The position numbers and the translations under genes were made by a program. A model generated the notes under the pieces. The model was not told the DNA's origin. It ran no database searches and saw nothing but the letters and a program-made list of their open reading frames with translations. Of a DNA stretch of 34,847 nucleotides, positions 11,370 through 22,834 are shown piece after piece (the stretch's first letter is position 1; the number at the start of each line of letters is the position of its first letter). Origin of the DNA: Octopus sinensis (taxonomy: Eukaryota); the NCBI RefSeq assembly GCF_006345805.1, contig NW_021831666.1, positions 1 through 34,847 on the forward strand. Direction: 5' to 3'.

Positions 11370-11372
<3 letters not shown>

Positions 11373-12351
11373 GGCAGCAAACACCTCTCAAAACCTCTCT
11401 AAAACCTCTCTATGGCAAATACCCAAAGAGAGCGAATAATGCAGATGTTGACAAAGCCCTGACGCATCAATGGCTAATGGCCGCTGGCTTAAAATCTGAA
11501 ACAGAAGGGTTTATCATAGCAGCTCAAGATCAATGCCTACCAACAAGGAACTACCAGGCCAACATATTAAAGAACGGCAGTAGCCCAACATGTCATGGAT
11601 GTCAACAACAAAATGAAATCATTGATCATGTTGTCTCCAAGTGCAGTCTTCTAGCGCCTACAGAGTATCTCAACAGGCATGATAGAGCTGCACAATATAT
11701 TCACTGGGTAATCTGCAAAAACCTGGATTTGCCCCATGAAAAAAACTGGTGGGAACACAAACCACCTCCAGTGCTTGAAAATTACCACATCTCACTCCTC
11801 TGGAACCTTCCCATTCAAACTGACAGAAAGATAGATGCAAATAGGCCAGACATCATATTGAAAGACTTCAAACAAAGAACATGCCTCCTCATTGATATGA
11901 CTGTCCCAATCGATATAAACGTATCTGTCAAGACCCACCAAAAACTGAGCAAATATAGAGATCTTGAAATAGAAATCAGCAAAATGTGGAACCTGAAGAC
12001 TAAAACAATACCTGTTGTCATAGGTACCCTGGGAATGATAGCAAAAGGGGCTGATCGTTACCTAACACAGATACCAGGAAACCCCAAAATGGCAGAAATT
12101 CAAAAGGTAGTGCTCATGGGAACTGCTCATATCCTAGGCAAAATACTTTCTATGTAATCTCAAGTTTTAAAACAAACATAATTTTCGTTTTTGTTTTGTT
12201 TTTGACATTCACTAGTATAACACAAAATACAAAACCAAACTAGGCATAACAACATCACGAACTTCCAACCTGTTTTCTCTTGAGGTCTATGGGTGAGACT
12301 TGGAGCCAACTTGTACAAATATAAGCAAAAGTCAAACATAAAATAATAATA

Positions 12352-12416
<65 letters not shown>

Positions 12417-12423
12417 TAATAAT
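11370..12423 (+). mobile_element. 5'-truncated R4/Dong-like LINE with (TAA)n tail
   Basis: Contains ORF 11477-12157, a 3' UTR to ~12342 and the (TAA)n tail; starts directly after a TAA array. Confidence 0.9.
11477..12157 (+). pseudogene. C-terminal part of R4-clade ORF: CCHC zinc knuckle plus restriction-like endonuclease
   Basis: ETEGFIIAAQDQ, CHGC-x8-H-x4-C, RHD, RPDIILKD..LLIDM..K..KY and EIQKVVLMGTAHIL, uninterrupted over 226 aa but lacking the RT. Confidence 0.9.
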
Positions 12424-12424
12424 A

Positions 12425-13167
12425 TTCTGCAACGACATGATTGAAACAGTGGACCACTAATCTCTGGATGTAAAGTCTTAGCACCAGTGGAGTATAAATT
12501 AAGACATGACAGAGTTGGCCAATATCTCCACTGGCTAATGTCGGCATTACAATATCAAAACTGCCGACAATGGTATAATCACCACCCTGAGGCTGTAACT
12601 GAAGGAGAAAATGTAACCATTCTGTGGGACTTTCCAGTACATACAGACCGAACCATCAAGGCCAATAAACCAGATATTGTTGTGAAAGACCAAAACAATA
12701 AAGTTTGCTTATTGATCGACATGAGCATCCCCTGTGATCATAATATCTCAGCGAAAGAGTTTGACAAGCTCAGAAAATATAAAGACCTACTCATTGAATA
12801 GAGAAAATGTGGCATCTCAAGGCGGTTACAATACCAGTGATCATAGGAGCACTAGGAATGATCAAGAAGGGAACCGAAAATTATATGAGAATGATCTCTG
12901 GCTTACCATCCCTGCAAGAAGTGCAAAAGATTGTCTTAACTGGTACATCACACGTATTGAGAAGAGCATTGTCGATGTGAGAACTGTTGCTGCTTATGTA
13001 TTTTAATTTAACTTAAAAAAAAAAAAAATTAAAATTAAAAAAAATGAACGAACTACTGAGTTTGCTTTAATGGCCTACCAATATACACTATGAGTTTCTT
13101 TGCCCTAGGAGTCGGGAAGACACTCGGCAAGAAATGGAAGAAAATGATTTGAAAGAAGAAAAAAAAA

Positions 13168-13215
<48 letters not shown>

Positions 13216-13235
13216 TAATAATAATAATAATAATA
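12425..13235 (+). mobile_element. 5'-truncated R4/Dong-like LINE (second family) with (TAA)n tail
   Basis: YKLRHDRVGQYLHW..LWDFPVHTDRTIKANKPDIVVKD..LLIDMSIP..KYKDL..EVQKIVLTGTSHVLRRALSM; tail 13169-13235. Confidence 0.9.
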
Positions 13236-13365
13236 AGAAGAAGAAGAAGAAGAAGAAAAGAAAGAAGAAGAAGAAGAAGAAAGAAATAGAGAAGAGAAGA
13301 AGAAGAAGAAAAGAAGAAGAAGAAGAAGAAAGAGAAGAAGAAGAAAAGAAGAAGAAGAAGAAGAA
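13236..13365 (+). repeat. (GAA)n microsatellite
   Basis: Direct reading. Confidence 0.95.
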
Positions 13366-14482
13366 TCAAAGAACTGAAAACCACAGATCTCAGAATGGAC
13401 CACCGACCATACCTCAAGTAATGTATTCCTTGGAGAAATTAATATTAATAATGATATCTTCCAAGGTGTCTCGCTTTCTCCATTACTTTTTTATTACACT
13501 AATACCCATAACAATGACACTTAGGAAAGTCAAGATGGGTTACCGATATGGGGAGAAAGGACGCTCATTGCACCATCTTCTGTTTATGGATGACCTAAAA
13601 TTGTTTGGGAGATCTCAGAAACAGATAGATTCCTTAACCAAAATAGTCCAGAAGTGTAGTAGGGACATCGGTATGGAATTTGCGACTACAAAATGCTGAG
13701 TACTTAATATGAAAAGAGAGAAGAAAGCAGCCTCCAGAGGTTTGCGGTTACCAACAGGAGAGACCAGGGGGAAATCCGACAGTAGTGGGTATCGATATTT
13801 AGGGATTTTGGAGAAATGCAAGTCATGGTCAGCGAGGCGTATCAAAAAAAGGGTGAAGATGGTGTTGAAATCCAACCTGAATACCAAAAATTTGATTACC
13901 GCAATGAATATCTGCGCAGTTGCGGTGGTCTGATATAGTGCGTCCATCCTGAAATGGACAAAGGAGAAATATCAATACTGGATAGAAGGACGAGAAAGTT
14001 AATGATGCTGCATGGGGCGCTACACCTTAAAGCAAACATAAACAGACTGTATATGAAAAGAAAGAATTGGGCAGAGACTAATTAGTAGAGACATTGTATA
14101 AGGAGTGAAAGGAGAACGCTTGCCGAGTATTTGTTAATAGCAATGAAGAGCTACTGGAAAATGCCGCGAAAGATATGGGTTAATGCAGATGAAATGATGG
14201 ACAATGAAGAGTTTAACGAAAGAGCTGAGGAGAAGAGAAAAGAAGAACTTCTTGAAATGAGATGCATGGACGGTTTGAAAGTATTAACACAGGACGTTAA
14301 GAATAATACAACATCGTGGGCATGGCTTGAGCGAGCTGATTTGAAGCATACAACCGAAAGCCTGATCATTGCTGCACAAGACCAGGCTCTCGCTATAACT
14401 TCAGTGACGTATAACATCTATAAAACTTCTTGACAGATCACTAAAGACTCCGGTGCATTTTTACCTACACCGTATTACGAAG
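13366..14482 (+). mobile_element. Internal RT fragment of a decayed R4-clade LINE (third family)
   Basis: HHLLFMDDLKLFG (YxDD-type catalytic motif), DIGMEF..KC, YRYLGILE, SWAWLERADLKHTTESLIIAAQDQAL; multiple stops and frameshifts. Confidence 0.85.
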
Positions 14483-14484
14483 GA

Positions 14485-14568
14485 ATAATAATAATAATAA
14501 TAATTATAATAATAATAATGAGGATGATGATGATGATGATGATGAGGATGATGATGATGATGATGATG

Positions 14569-14616
<48 letters not shown>

Positions 14617-14621
14617 TAATA

Positions 14622-14700
<79 letters not shown>
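14485..14700 (+). repeat. Compound (TAA)n/(TGA)n microsatellite
   Basis: Direct reading. Confidence 0.95.
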
Positions 14701-14701
<1 letters not shown>

Positions 14702-15230
14702 CCAGATATTGCTGTGAAAGACCAAAACAATAAAGTTTGCTTATTGATCGACATGAGCATCCCCTGTGACCATAATATCTCGGCGAAAGAGTTTGACAAG
14801 CTCAGAAAATATAAAGACCTACTCATTGAATTGAAATTGAGAAAATGTGGCATCTCAAGGCGGTTACAATACAGTGATCGTAGGAGCACTAGGAATGATC
14901 AAGAAGGGAACCGAAAATTATATGAGAATGATCTCTGGCTTACCATCCCTGCAAGAAGTGCAAAGAATTGTCTTAACTGGTACATCACACGTATTGAGAA
15001 GAGCATTGTGCGATGTGAGAACTATTACTACCCATATATTTTAATTAACTTTAAAAAAATGAACGAACTAGTGAGTTTAGTTTAATGGCCTACCAATGTA
15101 ACTACTGAGTTTCTTTGCCCTAGGAGTCGGGAAGACACTCGGCAAGAAATGGAAGCAAATTTGAAAGAAGAAAAAAAAAAGATAATGATAATAATGATAA
15201 TAATGATTACAAGATAATAATGATAATAAG
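14696..15230 (+). mobile_element. Second, shorter copy of the 12425-13235 R4-like family
   Basis: Near-identical by eye to 12664-13167 (AACCAGATATTG..GGAGTCGGGAAGACACTCGGCAAGAAATGG). Confidence 0.9.
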
Positions 15231-15235
15231 ATTAC

Positions 15236-16058
15236 AAGAGGTGGAGAAGTTTACCTATCTGGCTCTATCGTCACCTACAACCTATCCCTCGACGCTGAGC
15301 TCAATATACGCATTGGCAAGGCAGCTGCTGCGATGGTCCAACTCTCCAAACGGGCTTGGGACAACAATAAGCTGACCAAGACCATGAAGATCTACCAGGC
15401 ATGTGTACTTAGCACTCTACTGTATGGAAGTGAGACCTGGACGCTATACACACGCCAAGAGCGTCGCCTAAACATCTTTCACCTGCGCTGCCTCCGAAAA
15501 ATCTTCCGCATCAAATGGCAGAACCATATCCCCAACAAGAGTCCTCAGGCAAGCAGGAATACCAAGCATGTTTGCACTCCTCACACAAAGACGTATGAGA
15601 TGGCTTGGGCATGTTAGCCGTATGAAAGATGGCAGAATCCCCAAGGACATACTCTACGGAGAGCTTGCTAGGGATCCCCTTTCTGTGGGTAGACCATTCT
15701 TACGTTACAAGGATGTTTGCAAAAGGACATGAAGGCCTGCAACATCAATATTAGAGGTTGGGAGGCAGTTGCCGGCAACCGTGGAGACGGGCGACGTAAG
15801 TAAAAGAGGGAATACAAAAGAATGACAGAGAGAGAGAGAAATGGAAAGACAAGAAGAGACGTCAACAAGAAACTATGACACTACAACCAGCCAGGAACAG
15901 TCTTCGCTACATTTGCGGTACCTGCCAAGGGAGTGTTGTCCAGGATAGACTACACAGCCACAGCAGAAAATGTATCAGGACATGAAATGTAAAAGCCGGA
16001 CTAGACTACTTTATGCGCAACTCCATTGTCTCCCGAGACAAAAAGGATGCCAACCAAC
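15236..16058 (+). mobile_element. RTE (BovB-like) LINE 3' fragment
   Basis: KFTYL..LDAELNIRIGKAAA..KIYQACVLSTLLYGSETWTLY..FHLRCLRKI..RWLGHVSRMKDGRIPKDILYGEL; 3' end CCATTGTCTCCCGAGACAAAAAGGATGCCAAC. Confidence 0.9.
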
Positions 16059-16088
16059 AATAATATAATAATAATAATAATAATAATA

Positions 16089-16126
<38 letters not shown>

Positions 16127-16156
16127 TGATGATGATGATGATGAATAATAATAATA

Positions 16157-16195
<39 letters not shown>

Positions 16196-16212
16196 TAATA
16201 ATAATAAATATA

Positions 16213-16767
16213 ATGCCCTGATGCAGTACCAGGCAGTGGCTCTCATGGCTTCTGATCTTAACTGATTGGAAGTGTTATCATGTACATTCTTTTGTCTTGG
16301 TATAAAAGAAGGGCTACAGCAAATATTCTGCTCAATACCACAGATTTGCTTGTCATTTGTTTGACCTTAACCAGTTGAGCATGCCCCTTAGTGGCTGACG
16401 ATATGTGCATCTCTGATCACGAGCAGAAGTAGTGGGGGAGCATCATAGCCATGTGTTGAGACGAATTCTTTGGGGTTTGAATAATTCACCTCTGGAAACA
16501 TGGGTGGTTCTTTCAACATACCTAAACAACCCTTATTCAGGGACCGTTTGAGCGGGATGGGCTACTCAACCTGAAGAAAATTCTAACTGGGCCCCACCTG
16601 CAAGGTCATGTGCTGTTTATCTTGATATGAGATCACCATGTCGCGCACATATGGCTGTGATGCATGTGCCTGTGTACCCTTATCAGACGGGTAGTCATGA
16701 TGGGTATATTGGGCTTCGTATATTTTACCCCAGTGTCACTTGATGGCATGAACTGCTCTCTCACTCA
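16213..16767. mobile_element. ~555-bp non-coding insertion between two (TAA)n arrays (non-autonomous element of unknown class)
   Basis: Complex sequence sharply bounded by TAA tracts 16059-16213 and 16768-16903; no credible ORF, tRNA head or TIR seen. Confidence 0.55.
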
Positions 16768-16824
16768 ATAATAATAATAACAAATAATAATAATAATAAT
16801 AATATAATAATAATAATAAATAAC

Positions 16825-16864
<40 letters not shown>

Positions 16865-16865
16865 T

Positions 16866-16902
<37 letters not shown>

Positions 16903-16903
<1 letters not shown>

Positions 16904-17027
16904 CGTTTTTACTCTAGGCACAAGGCACGAAATTTTCGGGGAGGGGTTCAGTCGATTAAATCGACCCAAGTACGTAACTGGTACTTAAGTTATCGGCCCC
17001 GAAAGGATGAAAGCCAGCCTCGGTGAA
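16903..17027 (-). mobile_element. Family B SINE, 5'-truncated
   Basis: GGCACAAGGC..AGTCGATTAAATCGACCC..AACTGGTACTTAA..GAAAGGATGAAAG is the reverse complement of the 3905-4120 body and tail. Confidence 0.75.
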
Positions 17028-17029
17028 AC

Positions 17030-18919
17030 CGAATCGGGGTAATTTCCAACCATGGAAATACTCCCTAGAACCCGTGTCGTTCGAAGAACGCGTTCATCAG
17101 TGACTTTAGGTTCTGGCACTGAGCTCGAAAAGTCTATGAATCGGGACCAACCTTCTCAAGAACCTGGAGCAAATTAAACCAGGGATATTCCCGCTCAGGA
17201 TCAACTACCAAACCTGTCTAAAAAAATAGAAATACAAGACAGAAGTAGACTAAGAAGGAATATATCGAAGCTATGCATGCTTATTATCATTCAACACTAA
17301 ACCCAGAAACATCAACCACACAAAAAGAGACCTACAATATCTGGAGGTGCAAAACCCCGCATAGCAGGCTGTACATGAACAGTAATAAACTAGGAGCTGT
17401 GAGATGTGATATCCCAATAAAATAAGACTAACTGGCAGTTAAATTGATAAGATAGTCACTTATACCCAGAGGCAAAAATCTCTGAAATCACTAACTCAAA
17501 CCAGCACACTGAGTACACAGAACCCTATGAAGGTAGACCAGCAGTTGATATTAGAAACATTATAAATGATTACGTCAGCAATGAACGGTTAGATGGAATA
17601 CTTGAACAATATCTAATATAACTACATCATGCTTTCCACAAAAGAGCCCCACTTACCAAAATTATTAATACTACTAAGTACAGACAAGTAATCAAAGAAG
17701 TTGATCAAGGTCTTAGAAAGCTTATACGGCAATTCCTAGAGAATAGTAGAGAAAATACTATCGAAGTGATTTTTCAACTCATTTACTCAGCTGCTTCTGT
17801 TGCAACTCAAAAATGCGGTACTAAAATTAGAGATAGACAAAAAAGTGCAATGTACACAAGCAACCTGCATAAATGGAAAGAATAAACCGGGAAATAATCC
17901 AACTAAGTGTAGATATACCTTTTCTACATGAAGCATGCAAAGGGAAATCTAATATTCCCGACAAACTAATAAGAATGATTACTAAACATGACCTTTACAA
18001 GAGAACAAAGGATACACAGACTAAAAATCCTCAAACAAAAACTGCAACTGAAAACCAAATGACTGGCAATATACAAAAAACGCTCAGTATTCCATAGACC
18101 AAGCGTGCTATTTAAGGTGAACATAAAAAAATTCTACAGTGAACTGGGGGAAAATACCATTATGAAGACACCTCATCCCCAGCAGAAAACTTAAGGTTTT
18201 TAGAAAAGGATTTGGAGTAATCCAAAGGAATTTAATCAGAATTCATGTTGGGTCAGGGACACCTCAAATATCAAGAATGGCGGGATATAACAACTGATGA
18301 AGTGAAAGCAGCGCTCACCAAGTCAAAGAAACAGAAATCCCCAGGTATAGATAAGATGCCACAGTTTTGGCTAAACCCTTTAATGAACACTCACCACAAC
18401 TTAACCGTAGCATTCAATGAAGTTATGTCCAACCTAGCGAAAGCCCCAAAGTGGCTTACAGAGGGGATTACATATCTCTTATCAAAATAATAATAAGAAA
18501 CATGCCTCACCACCACATATAAACTATTAACGTCTATAATAGTGAATAGGGCATATGAATTCTTGGACAATAGGGCGTTATTGTAAAAGGAGATCTTGTT
18601 TATATAAGGACCAATTACTGATTGATAAATTGGTCATTGACAATTGCAAATTCAAACACAGAAACCTTAGTACCGCTTGGATAGATTACCAGAAGGCTTT
18701 GACAGTGTCCCTCATGCATGGATCATCAAGACCCTGGAAATTTACAAGATGGCTCACTTTACACTTCTAAGGATACTTACAGAAATTGATGGGAGCTTGA
18801 CCTTATAAGAAAGTATCTGTCTTTAAGCCTTTCAAACGGGTCCATCATACAGCCGCTTTTACCACAGCCACTATGCAGAGAAAGATCTGCCTTCCTAATG
18901 ATAATAATAATAATAATAA
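17030..18919 (+). mobile_element. Decayed, internally deleted R4-clade LINE (N-terminus plus first RT motifs, short 3' end, TAA tail)
   Basis: RQK*TKKEYIEAMHAYYHSTLNP N-terminal motif; ITTDEVKAALTK..KSPGID; PKWLTEGITYLL; KDQLLIDK..RNLSTAWIDYQKA-FDSVPHAWI; (TAA)n at ~18897-18919. Confidence 0.8.
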
Positions 18920-19464
18920 CTTAAAACAAATAAAGAGTAAAATGTGTATAAAAGATATTTTCGAGCGCAAACAAATTAACAATGAATGAAAATAAAAACA
19001 TAAAACATGATACAGAAAACACTAAATGTCTCACAATCCAGTTTCACTTTAGACATATGCGCAAGGAATTTTCTTCCGGTATCAGTATACGTGGTGACTA
19101 CATCAGTTCACTGAAGACCTCACATTCTGTATATTTGTTTGTGGAAAAAAATACAAAAAAAAAGAAGGAAAGGGTGAAAAGGTAAGCCCTCACCTCCCCC
19201 AAAAATAACGGAGAACGCATCTACGTTGTCATATATCCGGTTTAAAGTAAAGAAGGGAGCGGTGTTACATCCGGTTCACTGGCAACCAGTTCAGCCCAGT
19301 ATGTCTAGGTGAGTCACGTGTGACCTCCAGCCTGTACACATAAGCCGAAATATCACATTTTGGTGGACGTTTTATTGACCTGTAATGCAGGAAGAGGGAC
19401 AGAGGGAGAGAGAGAGAAAGAGAGAGAAAAAGGAGAGAGGACTGAGTGAGAAAAAGAAGAGTGT

Positions 19465-19467
19465 GTA

Positions 19468-19500
<33 letters not shown>

Positions 19501-19517
19501 TATATATATATATAATA

Positions 19518-19564
<47 letters not shown>

Positions 19565-19575
19565 TACATATATAT

Positions 19576-19623
<48 letters not shown>

Positions 19624-19714
19624 TAGATATATATATATATATATTAATATATATATATATATATATACATATATATATTATATATATATATTATATATAT
19701 ATATATATATAATG

Positions 19715-19766
<52 letters not shown>
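19465..19766. repeat. Long (TA)n microsatellite
   Basis: Direct reading. Similar TA/CA/GT tracts at 390-450, 682-893, 5400-5650, 23450-23830 and 34085-34298. Confidence 0.95.
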
Positions 19767-19767
<1 letters not shown>

Positions 19768-19849
19768 TTCCTCACACAGTCTCTTCCTCTTTCCTCTCTC
19801 TCTATATATACTCTCTCTCTCTCACAGATATACGGAAACAGGAAAGAAG

Positions 19850-20445
19850 GGATATGAGTTAAAAAAGAAAGGAAAAAACAAAGAAAATGTATAGGAGATA
19901 CAGCAACGGAAGATGGTGAGGGAGAGGGCGATGGGTTACATATACCAGAACAAGTGGGGTGCTCAGCCGCGCCCCGAGGTAATACATGCAGTGGCGTTGC
20001 CTCGGAGAATGGCCAGTGACACTCGCTGCAGCAGTTACTCCACCTCACAGGGCTCATTTTTCCAATGGGCCGCCTTTATCCCTATTTTGAGGCTGAAATT
20101 GGTAGTACAGGGTCCAAGTACACCTGACATCTCAACACCGATCGGTACAAACTGATAGCAACATGCCAGGCACCTGTGTTTATTGACTTTTCAAACGTCA
20201 GTGTACGAGCGGCGGCGACACCAGGGTTTGCAGCTGATGCTGCAAGCTTTCAACCGGAGAATACGTCGCTGCATGTCGCATCCCTGACTTAAGATCTTCC
20301 TTCCTCGAATAAGAAGAAGCTTATCTCGTCGGGGCGCTTACCGTCTCAACAGTCGAAACCTGCTGGCTCAAGTTAAGACGAGAAGCCAACCGCACCAAGA
20401 CCCTTTGTAGTATTGGAGTAAAGAAATCCGTTTATGGAGCTGAGA
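19850..20445 (-). mobile_element. CRE-clade non-LTR retrotransposon 3' fragment
   Basis: LEPAGFDC*DGKRPDEISFFLFEEGRS*VRDATCSD..FVPIGVEMSGVLGP..QRVSLAILRGNATACI is the typical CRE RLE domain (DGxRPDG..WDxT). Confidence 0.85.
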
Positions 20446-20528
20446 ATTGAAAGAATAAACGTAACTACATACGTAAACACATACACGTACAAACATATAT
20501 GTATATGCAAGTAACTTTCTGTAAATAT

Positions 20529-20828
20529 ACACCGATAGATTAAGTACCAGGCTTCAAAAAAGAAAGAAAAACGAAATAATAATTACTGAGATCGATCTGT
20601 TTGGTTAAAATTCTTTTATCTTTTACTTGTTTCAAGGTCTTGCTGGGGCACTTAAAGAATTTTAACCAAACACATCGATCCCAGTAATTATTATTTTTTT
20701 TTTTTTTGTTTGAAGCCTGGTTCTTAATCTATCGGTGTTTTTTGCTGAACTGCTAAGTTACAGAGACGTGAACAAACCATCAAGAACATAAAGAATCCCA
20801 TATTTATATACACGATGGGTTTCTTTCT
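20529..20828. mobile_element. Two family C SINE 3' parts in tail-to-tail inverted arrangement
   Basis: Arms 20529-20616 and 20654-20738 are reverse complements; the - copy continues to ~20828. Confidence 0.8.
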
Positions 20829-20845
20829 TACACATAGCCACACTT

Positions 20846-21092
<247 letters not shown>

Positions 21093-21400
21093 CATAGACA
21101 CATAAATATTAACACAGTTCATCAAGTCGGTGCTCCAGCATGGCTGCGATCTAACAAGTAAAAGGTACAAGATTCATATAAATACATGTATACTCATACT
21201 GCATTGTGTGTGTATGTGTGTATGTGTGCAAGTAAAACATTTCCTTCGCAACGACATGGCTCCATGCTGGATCCCACTGCTGTACGCACTCACATATACA
21301 CAAACACAAACACATGCACACACACATATGCATACATATGTACATACATGAAAAGATATAGGAGAAAAAGTAAGCAATGGAATTCACGAGAGACTATTAA

Positions 21401-21505
21401 TCACTACGATCGTTTCGAACCCATCGTTCATCGGTGCCGTGTGAGTGTGACGTAGTAGGAACATTTGTGGTGCATCATCCGGTGCAGATGTGTCTCGTCA
21501 GGTGA
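21401..21505 (-). ncRNA. Type-I hammerhead ribozyme motif with intact core
   Basis: Minus strand: TCAC-CTGACGA-GACACATC..(long stem/loop II)..GATGGGTTC-GAAA-CGATCG-TA-GTGA. Stem I TCAC/GTGA, palindromic stem III ACGATCGT, GUA cleavage triplet. Confidence 0.72.
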
Positions 21506-22503
21506 ATTGTCAAAAGGTATCTATGTTTTAAATCTCCGTTCCGATTATTTCGATTAAAGCACATGTTGATAGTTCTCTGTAGCTACTCGCATACACAAGA
21601 ATATTGGGAAACATTTTTTACGAAATGTGTTCTTGATTTTAACCCTAGTTAAGCAATTTAATATACGGTGTGAGCCTTGATCACGCCTATGGAAAAGGTA
21701 TAAAGATAGTCGTGCATTGAAGGATGTGACATTCAAGATACAGGCTGGTAAATAAGATCGATATTAATAGAATTAGGAGGTTAGAGAATCCATTTTTGGA
21801 CATTTCCACTTTATACAGCTTATTGTTACACATGACTAATGTAATATATAATCCGTATATATTATCTGAACAATGACAAGACTCTAAACAATGCAAGATG
21901 ATCTTGTGTCTATGGTAATGTCACGAAAAACGGAAACTATATCAGCCTTTGTTTCGTGCAAGGCAGCGTATATGGATAACAACGAATAACAGACATAAAT
22001 AAATAAAATCAAAGGAATTGGGAACCTGGTTACACTTATAAATTGTGGATAAATAGTTTACGTCTATATTCCTTTGAATGTGAGTATATGTTTCCACGTT
22101 ACTACAAGAACGCGCGCGCACGCACACATACACACACATGTGTGTGATGTATGTGTATGCAAGTTTTGGGACTAATAGGTATATGTCAATTAGTATGTTG
22201 AATAAAACACGTACACTGTTAGGGTTACCTTGTGTCATCCTCGGTTGAGGTATATTTAATATGATGTGCGTATTTGTGCATGTATGTGTGCGTGTATATA
22301 TATATATAAATAAATGAGTGCATTTTTACCTTGTTAACAATTAACACGGAAAAATAAATAAATAGTTACCAGGGCAGCAAAAATCTTACAAGTAAACGTG
22401 TTGTAACTCCTTGTTTATAAAGGTAGAAACTTCGTGTTTACGTTGAATATTTGAATAATATGAATAAAAAATGGAGTTAACGCAGGTGTAAACAAATATT
22501 TTT

Positions 22504-22589
22504 ACTTTCGACACATGTTTCGAAAATTCCACTGATACTATTCAAAAGAATAAATGGTATAAACAATGCAATCGTCTCTTCGGGAAAGT
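22504..22589 (-). ncRNA. Type-I hammerhead ribozyme-like motif
   Basis: Minus strand: ACTTTC-CCGAAGA-GACGATTGCA..TGGAATTTTC-GAAA-CATGTG-TC-GAAAGT. 6-bp stem I, U4C core variant, GUC triplet. The host repeat runs to the (TA)n at ~22300. Confidence 0.65.
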
Positions 22590-22798
22590 GAAAAAAAACG
22601 AAACTCGTCAATACGACATTTTAGCAAATTCCTACATATCCTTTTGGGTCTTCTGGACATCAAGACCCCTCATATATATGTGTATGTATGTATGTATGTA
22701 TGTATGTATGTATGTATGCATGCATGTATGTATGTATGTATGTATGTAAGTATACATATATATACACATACATACATACATACACGCACACACACACT

Positions 22799-22834
<36 letters not shown>

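Noticed and set aside
18293-18315. CTGATGA-AGT-GAAA hammerhead-like core
   Set aside because: No stem II, stem I or cleavage triplet; lies in LINE coding sequence (TTDEVK).
11333-18919. Repeat-spacer-repeat pattern superficially like a CRISPR array
   Set aside because: The repeats are variable-length TAA microsatellites and the spacers are 0.1-1.9 kb retroelement pieces in a eukaryotic genome.
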